This document shows, in pieces, positions 1-10,527 of a stretch of 64,000 nucleotides of DNA. Numbering within the stretch: the first letter of the stretch is position 1; the number at the start of each line of letters is the position of its first letter. Both the position numbers and the translations under genes were made by a program. The stretch lies in IMG/VR virus record IMGVR_UViG_3300021400_004415; one strand, written 5' to 3'. This DNA comes from an uncultured virus (IMG/VR IMGVR_UViG_3300021400_004415). Its lineage: Duplodnaviria; Heunggongvirae; Uroviricota; Caudoviricetes. The notes beneath the pieces are model-generated. The model was not told the DNA's origin, did no database searches, and saw only the letters and a program-made list of their open reading frames with translations.

Positions 1-415
1 TCACGTAAAGGTTCAATTCGTGGGCTATGAGACCTTTGCAGCCGCTATGGGGCGTTTCCCTTTCGATGTCCTTATCCGCAGCAATACGAGCGGAATAGAC
101 GCCCTTACGGGCATCCCCGTGCGTTCTCCGTTCGAGTTCCGCCCCGAGGAGAAGAAGGTCGGCTTCTTTGAGTTTAATTTGCCGCGTCTCGGCGACCAGA
201 ACCTCACCATGGAACTCTACGGCCGTGAGGGCCTTGCCGAGAGGACGGGCCACACTGCGACGTTCGATCTGTACGCCGACCTGCTCAACCAGGGCGGCCT
301 GACATGGACCGAGAAGAACCTTCCTGATGTGGATATCATCATCGACTACCAGGAGCACACCGTGAATATCAACGTCTGCGCCTGGTCGCATAACGATATC
401 TCCTACGAGTATTAA
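1..415 (+). CDS. FimB/Mfa2-like pilus anchor protein, C-terminal part (5' end probably outside window)
   Basis: Frame is open from the window edge; C-terminal beta-strand 'HTVNINVCAWSHNDISYEY' typical of type V pilins; similar to 436..1197 and 38428..39273. Confidence 0.55.
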   Translation, partial: HVKVQFVGYETFAAAMGRFPFDVLIRSNTSGIDALTGIPVRSPFEFRPEEKKVGFFEFNLPRLGDQNLTMELYGREGLAERTGHTATFDLYADLLNQGGLTWTEKNLPDVDIIIDYQEHTVNINVCAWSHNDISYEY

Positions 416-435
416 ACCGTAAACCAGTGTCAGTC

Positions 436-1197
436 ATGAGTAAGAGATATATCATAGCAGCAGCCTTTTTGGGCGTAGTCCTTTTCGGTGGCCTGTCTTG
501 CAAGAAAGCCCCTGTGGAAGAGAAGGACGCCTTCACCGTGGCACTTTCCTTCAAGGCTTCTCCGACTCTCTCCCAGAGTATCCCTTCGCGTTTCCGCGTG
601 AGTTTCTTCACTGACGGCGTGCAGACAGCCGTAAGGGATATCGAGAGTGTCAAGATTATGAATGAAGGATTCCTTTTCGACGTGGTCCGTGGCACCGAAT
701 TCGAGTTGTCCGCCGTTTACGGCTGGCCTTATGGCACGGAGTGGTACCAGAACGGTTCCATTTCCATTCCGTATGGTTGGATGATGCCCTCCGCCGGAGG
801 CGCTTATATCAAGGAGGCTTTTCCCTCTGACAAAGAGGCTCATATACCCTTCGGGCTGGAGTTCAGGAAACTCTATTACGAGTTCCCTGTCATCATTGAA
901 GGTGAAGAGGGAGTGAAGTACACCGTCTCGTTTGACTGCAAGGTGGCGGGCTTCTCCTGGCCCGAACTGGAGCCCCTTCCGGGACACTATCACTACGAGA
1001 TAGAGATTGACGGCAAGGGACACGACACCGTGCGTATCCCCGTCATTGATGACAATGCGGTGATGGACCTGTCCGTTACCGGACGCGACGCGGACGGGGT
1101 TGTGGTCTACGGGCCGGAGAAGGAGATGTGCCTTGGTTCCGTCGTAAGCGGCAAGGATGGAGAGGTGTTCTCCGTGATTAAGAGGATTGGAAAATAA
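436..1197 (+). CDS. FimB/Mfa2-like lipoprotein
   Basis: Lipoprotein signal (GLSC-KK); within pilin cluster; motif-level similarity to 38428..39273; ATG at 436 preferred to GTG at 427. Confidence 0.5.
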   Translation: MSKRYIIAAAFLGVVLFGGLSCKKAPVEEKDAFTVALSFKASPTLSQSIPSRFRVSFFTDGVQTAVRDIESVKIMNEGFLFDVVRGTEFELSAVYGWPYGTEWYQNGSISIPYGWMMPSAGGAYIKEAFPSDKEAHIPFGLEFRKLYYEFPVIIEGEEGVKYTVSFDCKVAGFSWPELEPLPGHYHYEIEIDGKGHDTVRIPVIDDNAVMDLSVTGRDADGVVVYGPEKEMCLGSVVSGKDGEVFSVIKRIGK

Positions 1198-1215
1198 AAA
1201 AAATAAAACTACGAT

Positions 1216-2340
1216 ATGAAAAGTTATATTAGAACTGTTTTGCTTGCAGCGGCCTTGGTAGCTGCCGCATCGTGTGCGAAACCTCTTTCATCGGTTCCGA
1301 CTCACCGCACCGTGGTCGAGGGTGAGCGTGTCACGCTCTCTTTCTCGGCCTTGGACGGGCTTCGGGCAACCAAGTTGACGGGGGTCTCGGAGGCCAACGA
1401 AACGAATATCGCCAGGTGGGCGGTCTTCGCTTTCGAGGATGCTACCGGCCTGGTGTCGTACGGCACGTCTTCTTCTTCCGCTCCAATCAACATGACTCTT
1501 ATTGCGGAGCATGATTACACTATCTACGCAGTGGTGAATTACCCCACGAGCGGGATCGGGGCTCTTGACCCTTCCGCTATCAGCACTGCTTCCGATCTGA
1601 CGAACAAGGTGTCTTATCTGACCGATAACACTTACAATCGTCTTCTTATGTTCGGCAGCACCACCCTTACCCCTGCCCGGCTTGACTATGATCCGGAGGA
1701 TGCCCCCGGCACTTATACTCCGGAGTCCGTCACTATTAATGTGCAGAGGATGGTCTCGCGTGTCGACGTGGTTAAAGTGGCGGTGGATTTCAGCGCCAAG
1801 CCGCATCTGGCGGCGAAGACATTCACCCTTAAGGGGCTTTATCTGACTAATGTGTATCGTACTGCCCGTTACGGTTCCGATTACGCTTTCTCGGAGCTCA
1901 GTGCCACCAGGACGGCTTGGTATAACACTGGCGGCTGGCATCGCGGCGAGTCCGCCGATGCGGGCATCGACGCACTTGCAAGCAACACCGGCATCAACGT
2001 CGTCATTGACGGTTCTACCCCTTATAACGTGAAGAACTCGTTCTATGCTTATCCTAATGCCACTCCTATCGGGAGCGACACGCACGCTATGGGTTCTTGG
2101 TATTGCCGTTGCACCCGTATCATCATCGAGGCCGATATGGACGGGACGGTGATGTACTATCAGGTCAACGTGCCTTCGATGGAGAGGAACCATATCTATT
2201 CCGTCAGTAACATAGTCATCAAGGGCCTTGGTTCCAAGGATCCTGAGGTGGTGGATTACTATGAGGACGGGGAGAGCGTGTCCTACAGCATTGAGACGAG
2301 CGACTGGGACGGAGATTACAGCGTGACAGAAGAGAGTTAA
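1216..2340 (+). CDS. Type V pilin (fimbrillin-like lipoprotein)
   Basis: Lipobox AASC; putative processing site RATK; 'IYAVVN', 'RMVSRVDV', 'RNHIYSV' and terminal 'DWDGDYSVTEES' strand typical of Bacteroidales pilins. Confidence 0.75.
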   Translation: MKSYIRTVLLAAALVAAASCAKPLSSVPTHRTVVEGERVTLSFSALDGLRATKLTGVSEANETNIARWAVFAFEDATGLVSYGTSSSSAPINMTLIAEHDYTIYAVVNYPTSGIGALDPSAISTASDLTNKVSYLTDNTYNRLLMFGSTTLTPARLDYDPEDAPGTYTPESVTINVQRMVSRVDVVKVAVDFSAKPHLAAKTFTLKGLYLTNVYRTARYGSDYAFSELSATRTAWYNTGGWHRGESADAGIDALASNTGINVVIDGSTPYNVKNSFYAYPNATPIGSDTHAMGSWYCRCTRIIIEADMDGTVMYYQVNVPSMERNHIYSVSNIVIKGLGSKDPEVVDYYEDGESVSYSIETSDWDGDYSVTEES

Positions 2341-2364
2341 TCAATCCAAAAGCCTAATATATCC

Positions 2365-5300
2365 ATGAAATTCAATTCAATCATTTCAACACTGGCGCTC
2401 GGGACTGTTTTCCTGTTCTCCTGTCAGAAGGAGACGGACTACGACCTGCCGGAGCCTCCTGTTCCCGGGGAGAGACTTGAGTTCTCCATTGAGGAAGAGG
2501 ATCCGGAGACCGTGGAGACGAAGTCGATTCTCACCGATGCGTCCATTGAGACCAAGCGGACGGGAGTGACCGTCGGCGTCTATGAGAATGGCGCCCTGGT
2601 GGATAAGACCTATTCCACCTCGTTCTCGGGCATCACGTTTACCTTGCAGAGCGATAAGACGTATAAGCTGTACGCCCTCGTGAACATGGGTGACGTGCAG
2701 TCGCAACTCCCTGCCAGCGAGGCTTCGCTTGCATCGTTTGTCTATACTATCCCCGCCTATACGGGAGCCGGGCAGAGCGTGAATGCCCTTGGCATTCCCA
2801 TGGCGGGGTCCCTTGAATACCAGCCGGGTGTCACCTCCGTGACGGCTATCCCGGTGAAGCGGCTCCTTGCGAAGGTGACGGCCGTCCTGTCCTGCGACTG
2901 GACCGGGGCCAAGATTAAGTCCGCGAAGATATATAACATGAATAAGCAGCTGAGGCCCTTCGGGACATCCGCTGCTTCCGGGGCTTCGGATATGCTCTCT
3001 TTCCAGGAGGTGCAGATGGCGTCCGGTGCTGGGACCAACAGCCTTACTGGCACTTTCTATGTGCCAGAGAACATGCAGGGTACGGTAAGCGGGATTACCG
3101 CTTCCTCCAACAAGGCTGGGGATAAGAACGCTACCGTCGGTGCCAATGCCGCGAAGCTTACTTACCTTGAGGTGGCTATAGAGTCCGAAGGTAAGTATGA
3201 CGGCACGGTGTCTTACCGTTCTTATCTTGGAAACAACTCCACAACGAATTTCGATATCCAGCGTAACTATCGTTATGTCTGGACTATCCATTATAAGAGT
3301 GACACCGTTGACGACTTCAACGATGACTGGAAGCACGACTACGACGGTCTGGAGATTGTCGATTACTCGCTTTCCCTGTCCCCGAACCCGCAGACTATTG
3401 CGACCGGGGCCAACTTTACTTATACGACCACACTGTCGAAGAATATCATCAAGCCCACTCCCTCTTCATCGAGTTCTACTCTCGGTAATTCCGAGGCTAC
3501 ATGGTCTTCAAGTAATACCTCCGTTGCTACCGTGTCCTCTGCGGGCGTGGTGACCGGCGTGGGAGCCGGTACGGCGAACATCACGGCAAAGTACACCCCC
3601 GCAGGCTCCGACCTGTCGGAGAGGACGGCTACTGCCTCCGTTACCGTGCAGTCTATTGCTTATGAGCTTGAACTGAGCGCCACTGGCGCCACTACGGGCC
3701 TCAAGCACAACGAGACCACAAGCCTGAAGGCTATGTACTATAAACTCACCGACGGCGTGCGTGACTCCGGAACGGATGTCACCTCGTTAGCCGTATGGTC
3801 TCATACCGGTGGAAGCAAGTACGGCGTAGCCGCGGGCGTGGTATCCGCCAACGCTACTTCCAGCGCTCCTTCCGTGCAGGGAACCACTAACGTTACTGCG
3901 ACGTATAATGGTCTTGGCTCGATGAACTCCGTTGACGTGGCGTTCGTTGATATCTCCACTGGAACGACTTCGATTTCTCCGGCATCGGCTTTCGGTACGT
4001 ATCTCACACCTGCTAAGTTCACTGCAAGGTTTGTTGGTACGATTAATGGATTTACCACCGAGGACAAGGATGTCACTAACTCCGCTACTTGGAATATCAC
4101 CGGCGCATCTATTTATAGCGTCTCCAATGGTTCCGTGACCGCCGATGCCTCTACAGGCACTCACTCGGTTGCTGGTTCTGCAACGGTGACTGCGACCTAT
4201 GGTGGTTCCACTTCCAGCAGCGCTACGGCAACGTTTACGAATATCGTCGAGAACAGCTTGTCTGTTTCTCCTGCAAGTGGTGCTATCCAGGCTGGTGGCG
4301 CAAGTGTCAACTTGACTGCAAGGTATATTACCAATACCAACGGTTACGAGACGGCTAACACCAATGTTACTTCTTCCGCTACCTGGAGTTCCAACAACTC
4401 TAACGTAACGGTAAGTGCCGGTGTGGTTACAGCCAATTTATCTGCTTCCGGTACTGCAATTATTACTGCTACTTATCTCGGTGAGACTATGACATGCACG
4501 TTGATTATAGGTGCACCTGTCATTGAACATTATCTTGTTGTAACTCCTGCTACTGCAAGTGCAAATGTAGGTGAAAAGATAATTCTTACTGCCAAGTATC
4601 ATACCGTTACTAACGGAGTTGATGATGGAGGCGATAATAAGCCCTTCTCTTGGAGCAAGGTCAGCGGTAGTGCTGGAATTGTAGTTAATAGTAGCGGCGA
4701 AGTATCTGCTACCGCAGGTGGTACAGCTACGATCCAGGCCAGTTACGGCGGTGAGACCGGAACGGCAACCGTGACCTTCACGGATGTTATTACCTATGAT
4801 CTGGAGGTAACCAGTGCGACTAGTTCTGCCAATGTAGGCCAGACTATCGCTATGACTGCGAAGTTCTACACCTTGACCAACGGAACGCGCGACACGGGCA
4901 CTGACGTTACTACAAATTCCAGCACCACATGGAGTCCGACATCCGGCACTATCATGGTAAGTAACTCTGGCTCTACCAAGGGCCAGGTTACTGCCACCGC
5001 CGGAGGCTCGGCTTCCATTGCAGCCAGTTACGCCCATTCATCAGGCACGTATTCGGATTCCAAGACAGTGACGTTCAATAACGTGGACGTGGAGAAGTAC
5101 CGTCTGGTTATCACTCCCTCCACGGCAACCATCAACTGGAACACTACGCAGACCTATACGGTCAACCGCTATACGGACGTCTATCGTAACGGTTCTCTGT
5201 ATACAACCGGAACGACTCCGACTGCCATGTCGGCCTCCAGCTTCGACTGGACCACCGGTAGCGCGTCTATTGCTACCGTAGCCTCCGGCGTGGTGACAGG

Positions 5301-6732
5301 CAAGGGAACCGGCACTACGACTGTGACCGCGACCCTGAAGAGCAGCGTGACGGATTACGCCAAGTATGATAATAAGGTCGTGAACGCCAGTATCAAGGTT
5401 AACGAGGTGAAGACCTATCGTGTCTGGATTGGATGCGAGAGTAATTCTGAACCTTATAATAGTGTCATCAATATCCGTGCAAGGCTATATACTACGACTA
5501 ACGGTGTTGAAGATACCGGTAAGTTTATTGTACCCGATTCATTTAACAAAGTGAGTGGAGGTAGTAATATTACACTTACAAAGACTACTACGATTTCTAG
5601 TCCTTCGACTGCAAGATTGATAAATCCTGCCTTGTCTGTTGAAGCTAATAACAGAGCCACCATTACAGCCACATATAACGGCGTGACAAGTAACGCTGAA
5701 AATATTGAGTTTACTAATGTGACTACGTATGGTTATTCCAGACTGGTTGTTAATGGCGATTCTAATGTCAATGTAGGCGCTCAGACAAGCGAGTACACCG
5801 CAACACTTTACACACAGAAGTATGTGAATGGAGTTGCATCCGGTAGTGCTACAACATCGACGGCATCTTCAGGCATTTCATTTGGTTCTTCAGATCCTTC
5901 TGTAGCAAGCATGATTGGACGTGTGGCTACTGGTTTGTCCGCCGGCACAACTTATATCACTGCTTCTTACACGGGAGCATACGGCACTGTCGAGGCTGTC
6001 GCTCCCGGCGATGCCAAGATGCTTACCGTCGGCAACGTCGAGGAAGACCGTTACAGGATTGAGATTCTCCCGGATGACTCCACAATTAACTGGAATGAGA
6101 CTCAGTCATATACTATAAACAGGTATACCGACCATTACACTAACGGCGTCCGGACAACAACTGGCACGACTCCGACCGTGTTGGCAAATACCAACTTCAC
6201 GTGGGAGAGCTCTAATACCAGTGTAGCGACAGTATCTGCTTCCGGAGTTGCCACAGGCGTCTATCAGGGTACTACCACTATCAAGGCAACGCTCAAGTCT
6301 TCCGTGACGGATTACGCAAAGTATTCAAATACGGTTGTTTCCGCAACGCTTGACGTAATGAATGTCATTACTTACCAGGTTGTCATTACTAAGTCCAATA
6401 AGAGTGCCGTTCCTTCTGGTCTCAGCCTTGCTGTGGGTTACACCCGTAGCCTGAGGGCCTGGTATCAGACCTACACTAACGGAGTATTCACCAACGAGAC
6501 CGAAGTGACTACTACGGCTACCTGGTCTGTGTCACCTACATCCAGGGCATCCGTATCGGCTGGAGCTGTTACGGGTCTCAGTGCCGGCAGTGTAACGATT
6601 ACCGCAACTGCTACCCCTTCTGGTAAACCTACCAAGAGTGGTACTGCGACACTTACTATCGTTGGTGGCGGTTCCGAAGGTTGGGATGACGGCTGGGATG
6701 ATGATGGAGGCGGAGAGATTATCCTTGACTAA
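2365..6732 (+). CDS. Large pilus-associated adhesin: DUF4906-like pilin domain plus multiple Ig-like (Big_2) repeats
   Basis: Lipobox FSC; ETKS site; 'KRLLAKV', 'FYVPENMQG', 'NFDIQRN'; repeated 'WSSSNTSVATVSSAGVVTG' Big_2 motifs; terminal 'GWDDGWDDDGGGEIILD'. Confidence 0.8.
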   Translation: MKFNSIISTLALGTVFLFSCQKETDYDLPEPPVPGERLEFSIEEEDPETVETKSILTDASIETKRTGVTVGVYENGALVDKTYSTSFSGITFTLQSDKTYKLYALVNMGDVQSQLPASEASLASFVYTIPAYTGAGQSVNALGIPMAGSLEYQPGVTSVTAIPVKRLLAKVTAVLSCDWTGAKIKSAKIYNMNKQLRPFGTSAASGASDMLSFQEVQMASGAGTNSLTGTFYVPENMQGTVSGITASSNKAGDKNATVGANAAKLTYLEVAIESEGKYDGTVSYRSYLGNNSTTNFDIQRNYRYVWTIHYKSDTVDDFNDDWKHDYDGLEIVDYSLSLSPNPQTIATGANFTYTTTLSKNIIKPTPSSSSSTLGNSEATWSSSNTSVATVSSAGVVTGVGAGTANITAKYTPAGSDLSERTATASVTVQSIAYELELSATGATTGLKHNETTSLKAMYYKLTDGVRDSGTDVTSLAVWSHTGGSKYGVAAGVVSANATSSAPSVQGTTNVTATYNGLGSMNSVDVAFVDISTGTTSISPASAFGTYLTPAKFTARFVGTINGFTTEDKDVTNSATWNITGASIYSVSNGSVTADASTGTHSVAGSATVTATYGGSTSSSATATFTNIVENSLSVSPASGAIQAGGASVNLTARYITNTNGYETANTNVTSSATWSSNNSNVTVSAGVVTANLSASGTAIITATYLGETMTCTLIIGAPVIEHYLVVTPATASANVGEKIILTAKYHTVTNGVDDGGDNKPFSWSKVSGSAGIVVNSSGEVSATAGGTATIQASYGGETGTATVTFTDVITYDLEVTSATSSANVGQTIAMTAKFYTLTNGTRDTGTDVTTNSSTTWSPTSGTIMVSNSGSTKGQVTATAGGSASIAASYAHSSGTYSDSKTVTFNNVDVEKYRLVITPSTATINWNTTQTYTVNRYTDVYRNGSLYTTGTTPTAMSASSFDWTTGSASIATVASGVVTGKGTGTTTVTATLKSSVTDYAKYDNKVVNASIKVNEVKTYRVWIGCESNSEPYNSVINIRARLYTTTNGVEDTGKFIVPDSFNKVSGGSNITLTKTTTISSPSTARLINPALSVEANNRATITATYNGVTSNAENIEFTNVTTYGYSRLVVNGDSNVNVGAQTSEYTATLYTQKYVNGVASGSATTSTASSGISFGSSDPSVASMIGRVATGLSAGTTYITASYTGAYGTVEAVAPGDAKMLTVGNVEEDRYRIEILPDDSTINWNETQSYTINRYTDHYTNGVRTTTGTTPTVLANTNFTWESSNTSVATVSASGVATGVYQGTTTIKATLKSSVTDYAKYSNTVVSATLDVMNVITYQVVITKSNKSAVPSGLSLAVGYTRSLRAWYQTYTNGVFTNETEVTTTATWSVSPTSRASVSAGAVTGLSAGSVTITATATPSGKPTKSGTATLTIVGGGSEGWDDGWDDDGGGEIILD

Positions 6733-6735
6733 ATG

Positions 6736-6770
6736 AAGAAAGCGGCTTTCGGGCCGCTTTCTTTTGTTTT
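6736..6770 (+). terminator. Rho-independent terminator
   Basis: aagaaagcggc-tttcgg-gccgctttctt followed by a T-rich tract, just after the stop at 6732. Confidence 0.85.
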
Positions 6771-6807
6771 GTTTCGTTATGGGAAAATTGTGTTTGATTT
6801 AAAATAA

Positions 6808-6838
6808 TTTGCGTTCTAATTGAAAATTGTTATCTTTG
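6808..6838 (+). promoter_or_regulatory. Bacteroidetes sigma-A promoter
   Basis: TTTG (6808-6811), 19 nt, TATCTTTG (6831-6838). Confidence 0.7.
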
Positions 6839-6922
6839 CGGTGATAATTATAGTTTGTCCGTAATGGTGGTTAATCCATTAGGTAAAATAAAAGTTAATG
6901 CATTTTTAACACTTAATAACGC

Positions 6923-9900
6923 ATGTATATGAAAAAGTATTTTTTGATTTTTGCTACAGCCTTGGTAGGATTGCTGGTTGGCTGTCAGCGTGAGGTCAAT
7001 GTGGAAGACAGCGTTCCCGTAGGGGAGAGGCTTGTCTTTGGAGACATTGCAGTAAACCTTTCTGGCGAAAGTGAGGATCCGGACACAAAATCCGTTGTAA
7101 CGGTTAATGTGGAGGATTTCACTTGCGCATATCTTTTTGCCTTTGACCATTCAACGAAGGAGATTCTTGCCTATCCGGAAGAAGCTGGTAACCTGGAGGG
7201 TGTAAAGCCCGTGGCAGTGTCCGTAACGGATAAATCTTTCAACTGGGCTCTTCCTGTAAAGAAAGCCATGGATGTATGGGTGTTGGTTAACCCCCCGTCT
7301 GATTTGAAAGAGACTTTGAATGATTTTGTTCAAAATGGAACAGATTTGACCGAGTCGGATCTGAGCGCTTTGAATTTTGAATGTAACAATGCAAGCGAAC
7401 TTCTCAATCTTGAGATTAGTGGAGATAACATGCCGATGTCTGGTATGATGGATAACATTACTCTCGAGGATTTCAATTCATCGCTGAACGTAAAGGTAAA
7501 AAGGCTTTTTGCTAAGTATGATTTAACTCTGGATGTCTCAGAGTGGGTAGCTGAAGGATGGACTGTAAATGCCGCTTATATCGACGGTGCTAAATCTAAT
7601 ACCGAAGTTCCTTATTTTTCTGCGAATTATAAACAGAATGATTCTAATAAGTTGAAGTCTGTAGACTTTTCGAGTAAAGAAGATATTAAGCAACTTAATA
7701 TCCGTGACGCCAATAATAAGTCTGAAACTGTTTCTTATTATTTCCTTGAGAACTGCCAGAACGTTTCCTCTTCTGCATCTAAATGGGATCAGGTCCGTAA
7801 TGAATTAGATTCTGAAATAGAGAATTGTTCTTACTTGAGTATCAATGTTATTGCAACTAAGGATAGTTACGAAAAACGTTGTTTTTCCTACCGCATTTAT
7901 TTGGATTCTACACCAGGTTCTTCAATGAAATCTAAGTTTAACGTTATTCGTAATACTTATCGTAGAATTACGTTAAAGCTTGGTGCTCCTCAGGATGGTT
8001 TCCAATGGGTTAATTCTTCTGACATAGAGGCTATACCAATGATGCAGTTCATTGTTCCTTTTGAGACCTCTTTACAACAGACAGAATTAATATTTGAAAT
8101 AGAGAAGGATGGAGTTCATTCTGATGATATTGAATTCCTTGGGTCGGTGCCACAGGATTATTATGATTATAATACAAGTAACGTAACCAATTTCCCTTAT
8201 AGTGGCTATGTTCAATTACGCGCCAAGACAGGGGTGAGCGGAATATATACTTTAATTGGCAAGGATCGAATAGGTGATGTCTATCATTCGATAAGTGTTA
8301 CAATCGGTGATAATGTCGGTATTTTTTCGGGAGTTGAATGGCTTCAGAAAGCTTATTATACATGCCAATGGTCTGTACTTAATGTTCACGATTTAGTACA
8401 GAATTATTCGAGTTATGAAGATGTTTATTTCAATTTAACAATATATAATACATCTAATAACTTACCTGTAAGTGGAGCAGAATATCGTGATTATATTTCA
8501 ACAAATGGCTCTGCTATGTCTTTTGGCAAAAATACTCCAAAATATAAAGATTATGGATGTCATTTGTTTTATGATAAGCATTCGGGATATCTTTATATTT
8601 ATACGGGTACTAGTGATAAGACTTATGGTAAACTCTCGATTACGGTTAATATTGGAGATGTTAATAATGATGGCGATGATGATTATGTTATTACTAATTA
8701 TGAGTTGCCAGTGTTATTAAAACCCGAGTTACGATTTAGGTGGCAAGATATTGATGGTAATCATGAGGTAATTCCAGCACGTGACGGATGGAAACAGACT
8801 GTTCATCAATATACGCATTCACGAGTCGATTTTACAGTTTGTCTCGTTGATCCAATTACGTATCAACCAATTGGTAGTGGTGATATGTCTGCATTTGAAT
8901 GGGCACCGAGATTCAATCATGGTCATGATTATGAGGATTATATGGATTTAAATATTCGTGACTGGAATGGTTTAGTGAAAGATAGCGAGAATCATTATAT
9001 TACTTGTACTGAATGTAGTTCAGATATCCATATTAAGTACGGATATTTTGCTGCAGTGCATCAGTTTGGTATGATTGAATGCGGCGAAGAAGAAGTCCCT
9101 TATGTTGTTTCCCCTAATGATGATATCGCCCCATATTCTATTGCTAATGGGAATGATATATATATATATTCCGATGATAATGATGCGAGAGATTATGATG
9201 AGAATAGATTTACTACGCTTGGAATAGATATGTTTTCAAGTGTTGAATTTCATCAGAAGGTTTCATTAAGTGAGGGATCTAAATATCGTATGAACGTTCT
9301 TCATGCAAAGTCTCGTAATGGATACGTTGGAGATGCGAGTGATATGGAGCCTTTTGACGAAGCATCTAATAATGAGGAGTTTTATTTGATGCAGGGAATT
9401 ATTAAGTCGTATTTTATTAGAACGGCTAATGAGGTTTCTGCACCAACGGTATCATTAAGCTCAAGCGATTTGAAATATCGTTTAATAAAAATCAAAAATG
9501 GTTTATATCGTTTGGATTTAAAAGTTTCTTCTTATAAGGCGGCAACATTGTATAATTTATCTGCAACCGGTTACGATTCTGATAATCCTACTCCTTTTGA
9601 TTCTGCATCTGGTGATAAGGAAGTAACAATTACTATAAATGGTTCGGGTCCTGGTGCTAGTTATTCTCATACATTAAAGTGTAAAATATTGCATCAACGT
9701 TTTAATGTAAAGTACAGGATGGAAGGTACGACACTTGTTCCAAAAGTGAATTGTCCTTTATTTGAGGTGAGTAGTATTACTGCTAATATAAGGGGCACAT
9801 GGTATCATCATTATTTTAATAATCCCGCCACGGATCCGTCATTACGTTACGAATCGTATGATAAACAATTTCTATATTTAGGCAGTGATTATAATGATTA

Positions 9901-10474
9901 TAGAAAAACTTGTATCCCTAATTTCGAGAAGAAGTTCCATCAAGGTAAAGGTATTGTTGTTTGTAGTCGGAAGACAGATCACACTTTTGCTTGGAACACT
10001 TGGGATGAAGGATATACAGATTTAATTGTCGCCTATCCTGAAGACAAAGCTTTTGTTCCGATAAAACTTGACTTGCGTATTGATGTTAAACTCAAGGAAG
10101 AAGGTTTAAGTTGTAGCCGTTATACTCAGCTTTTCTATGATTATTTTAGGTATACCAATAATACTTTTGTTGAAGAGTTTTATTGGCCAGGCGAAATGGA
10201 GTTTGTTTCCCAGTGTGGTTATACTAATGCAATCGGCATAATTACAGCTATAGCTTTTGAGACTTGGGAGCAGATGGAAGCAAATTATGGACCTATTGTC
10301 AATTACGGATGGTATGTCTTTGGTCAACCACAGAAGGTTCATCCTATGTATTATTCTAGCAATATCGCACGATTCCAGCCTGATGAGTTAATTCCAATTG
10401 AGTTGAAATCTTGGAAAAACGAATTTGTGAATCCGGAAGAAGGTAGCAATTACGATGGCTCTGAGTGGCATTAG
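6923..10474 (+). CDS. DUF4906-like pilin/tip adhesin lipoprotein with long unique C-terminal region
   Basis: Lipobox VGC; DTKS site; 'MPMSG', 'KRLFAKY', 'YFLENCQ', 'FNVIRNTY' parallel the 2365 protein; DVNNDGDDD Ca-binding-like motif. Confidence 0.7.
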   Translation: MYMKKYFLIFATALVGLLVGCQREVNVEDSVPVGERLVFGDIAVNLSGESEDPDTKSVVTVNVEDFTCAYLFAFDHSTKEILAYPEEAGNLEGVKPVAVSVTDKSFNWALPVKKAMDVWVLVNPPSDLKETLNDFVQNGTDLTESDLSALNFECNNASELLNLEISGDNMPMSGMMDNITLEDFNSSLNVKVKRLFAKYDLTLDVSEWVAEGWTVNAAYIDGAKSNTEVPYFSANYKQNDSNKLKSVDFSSKEDIKQLNIRDANNKSETVSYYFLENCQNVSSSASKWDQVRNELDSEIENCSYLSINVIATKDSYEKRCFSYRIYLDSTPGSSMKSKFNVIRNTYRRITLKLGAPQDGFQWVNSSDIEAIPMMQFIVPFETSLQQTELIFEIEKDGVHSDDIEFLGSVPQDYYDYNTSNVTNFPYSGYVQLRAKTGVSGIYTLIGKDRIGDVYHSISVTIGDNVGIFSGVEWLQKAYYTCQWSVLNVHDLVQNYSSYEDVYFNLTIYNTSNNLPVSGAEYRDYISTNGSAMSFGKNTPKYKDYGCHLFYDKHSGYLYIYTGTSDKTYGKLSITVNIGDVNNDGDDDYVITNYELPVLLKPELRFRWQDIDGNHEVIPARDGWKQTVHQYTHSRVDFTVCLVDPITYQPIGSGDMSAFEWAPRFNHGHDYEDYMDLNIRDWNGLVKDSENHYITCTECSSDIHIKYGYFAAVHQFGMIECGEEEVPYVVSPNDDIAPYSIANGNDIYIYSDDNDARDYDENRFTTLGIDMFSSVEFHQKVSLSEGSKYRMNVLHAKSRNGYVGDASDMEPFDEASNNEEFYLMQGIIKSYFIRTANEVSAPTVSLSSSDLKYRLIKIKNGLYRLDLKVSSYKAATLYNLSATGYDSDNPTPFDSASGDKEVTITINGSGPGASYSHTLKCKILHQRFNVKYRMEGTTLVPKVNCPLFEVSSITANIRGTWYHHYFNNPATDPSLRYESYDKQFLYLGSDYNDYRKTCIPNFEKKFHQGKGIVVCSRKTDHTFAWNTWDEGYTDLIVAYPEDKAFVPIKLDLRIDVKLKEEGLSCSRYTQLFYDYFRYTNNTFVEEFYWPGEMEFVSQCGYTNAIGIITAIAFETWEQMEANYGPIVNYGWYVFGQPQKVHPMYYSSNIARFQPDELIPIELKSWKNEFVNPEEGSNYDGSEWH

Positions 10475-10485
10475 TCTTTCTGTTT

Positions 10486-10527
10486 TAAATAATAAAAGAG
10501 GCGATTTTTCGCCTCTTTTATTATTTA
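10486..10527. terminator. Bidirectional terminator between convergent genes
   Basis: Perfect 19-bp inverted repeat taaataataaaagaggcga-tttt-tcgcctcttttattattta. Confidence 0.85.
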
